The notes beneath the pieces are model-generated. The model was not told the DNA's origin. It searched no databases and was given only the letters and a program-made list of their open reading frames with translations. Positions 62,889 through 64,000 of a stretch of 64,000 nucleotides of DNA are shown here, one piece after another (the first letter of the stretch is position 1; every line of letters begins with the position of its first letter). The stretch is taken from positions 62,001-126,000 of the forward strand of contig JADIIX010000035.1 of NCBI GenBank assembly GCA_027604505.1. Reading direction: 5' to 3'. Origin of the DNA: Gonapodya sp. JEL0774 (Eukaryota). The position numbers and the translations under genes are program-made.

Positions 62889-63858
62889 ATGGAAATCGCA
62901 TCCATCCTCATTGGCATACACTCTCTAGGACTTTTCTCTTCCCTTCTCGGAGTGTTCCATTTCGCAACCGAGTCCACATTGCGTTGCTTTGGAATTGCTG
63001 CCGGTGGATGGGTGAGTGCAAGCAATGAGATGCCGACGTGACACGAGGGAACAAAAGAAAAGAATACGCTTATCAATATCGCCCGTACGGCGCTGCTGGG
63101 TGGTTTGGTTGAATTCGTGCTCAGCATTGATTGACTCTCCGGAGTTCGACCTGTCTTCGTCTCGATGCCGACCCATAGAGCACAACCAATCTTATTCGTC
63201 TCTCTCTCTACGGATACGATATGCATTCAACACCAGTGCGTGGTTTGATGTTTTTTGTTCCTCAAAATTCCGAGGTAGCTTCTGTACTGCCTTGCACCAG
63301 ATCATTCCATGCTTCGCTTTAAATCTCGTTTTAACTTATTCCGAATCCGCAATGGCGTGGTGGTCGGCGGCTTGTGTTTTGGAGTGACTATCTCGTCTGT
63401 CTGTTTGGTATTCCGATCGCTGATCAAAACCCACAACTACCAGATGCGCCATCCGTTACCTCAGTCCACATTCATCGAATCTTTTCTCTTTATCCAATAC
63501 CACTTCCTGTATTTTGACTGTCCTCGCCACATTCGTATTCCCCCTCACACCTGTCTTCATCATGATCGTGGCATCGACCGCGCCTGTTGCGCCATCGGTG
63601 CAGTATCTCCCTTCAATGTGTTTGATCTATTCTGCACATCCGACAGGATCCATGGTACTGGCTGTCGCAGAGTTGCTGAGCCAAGTGGCAGTTGCAGGGA
63701 CGGTGGGCTGGGCCACTTTGGTGACCGTGTGGGGAGGTGGGATAAGGTCTTGGATGAAAGGAGGGCCTACGTATGTAAGTGCCGCACGCTCGTGGGCCTG
63801 CTGGGAGTCAGAATCGAAGCGTAACTGCGTAACTGGTCCCTTCGATCCCGGTTCGTAG
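62889..63858 (+). CDS. Putative multi-pass membrane protein, structure unresolved, may run past the window end
   Basis: Several hydrophobic blocks (MEIASILIGIHSLGLFSSLLGVF; GVVVGGLCFGVTISSVCLVF; VLATFVFPLTPVFIMIV; MVLAVAELLSQVAVAGTVGW) with plausible splice sites. The frame changes between blocks are not fully explained. Confidence 0.35.
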
Positions 63859-64000
63859 GACCGTCAATACGGTTCTGCAATAGACTTTCAAGACCATGAT
63901 GATCGCAGCTGGGAAAAGACAGGTAAGATTTCCTCGCAGCACCTATTCTTCTCTCTCGCTGCTTCCCTTTTCTTCTTCATTTACGACGCTGACTGGATCT

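Noticed and set aside
1..64000. CRISPR arrays, rRNA, intact transposons, prokaryotic operons
   Set aside because: No repeat-spacer array, rRNA motifs, or RT/integrase/DDE ORFs seen. Nearly all recognised protein genes have spliceosomal introns.

Overview
Intron-rich, GC-balanced eukaryotic DNA with short GT-AG introns. Gene content suggests an early-diverging zoosporic fungus (chytrid sensu lato); this is an inference. About 20 genes are supported, in order: XPA-like zinc-finger mini-protein; 2-TM Cache/HAMP-like receptor with no output domain; tandem pair of MARVEL-like membrane genes (second copy disabled); coiled-coil protein; villidin/class-4 coronin (WD40-PH-gelsolin-headpiece); 2OG-Fe(II) oxygenase; acyl-CoA dehydrogenase; OTU deubiquitinase; ankyrin fragment; FGGY kinase; two tandem HSL-family esterases; a decayed LAC12/CDT-type sugar permease carrying a captured 255-bp fragment of another gene, divergent from a GH2 beta-galactosidase; peroxisomal thiolase; stand-alone tRNA-binding OB-fold protein; tRNA-Pro(CGG); Vam7; a cyclic-nucleotide-binding channel with an aberrant pore; Pns1; glycogen debranching enzyme. 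The most striking unexplained signal is a strand-specific C-to-G skew gradient that resets at each exon. Exon boundaries were read by eye and family assignments come from recognised motifs, not database searches. Multi-exon genes are given as overall spans.
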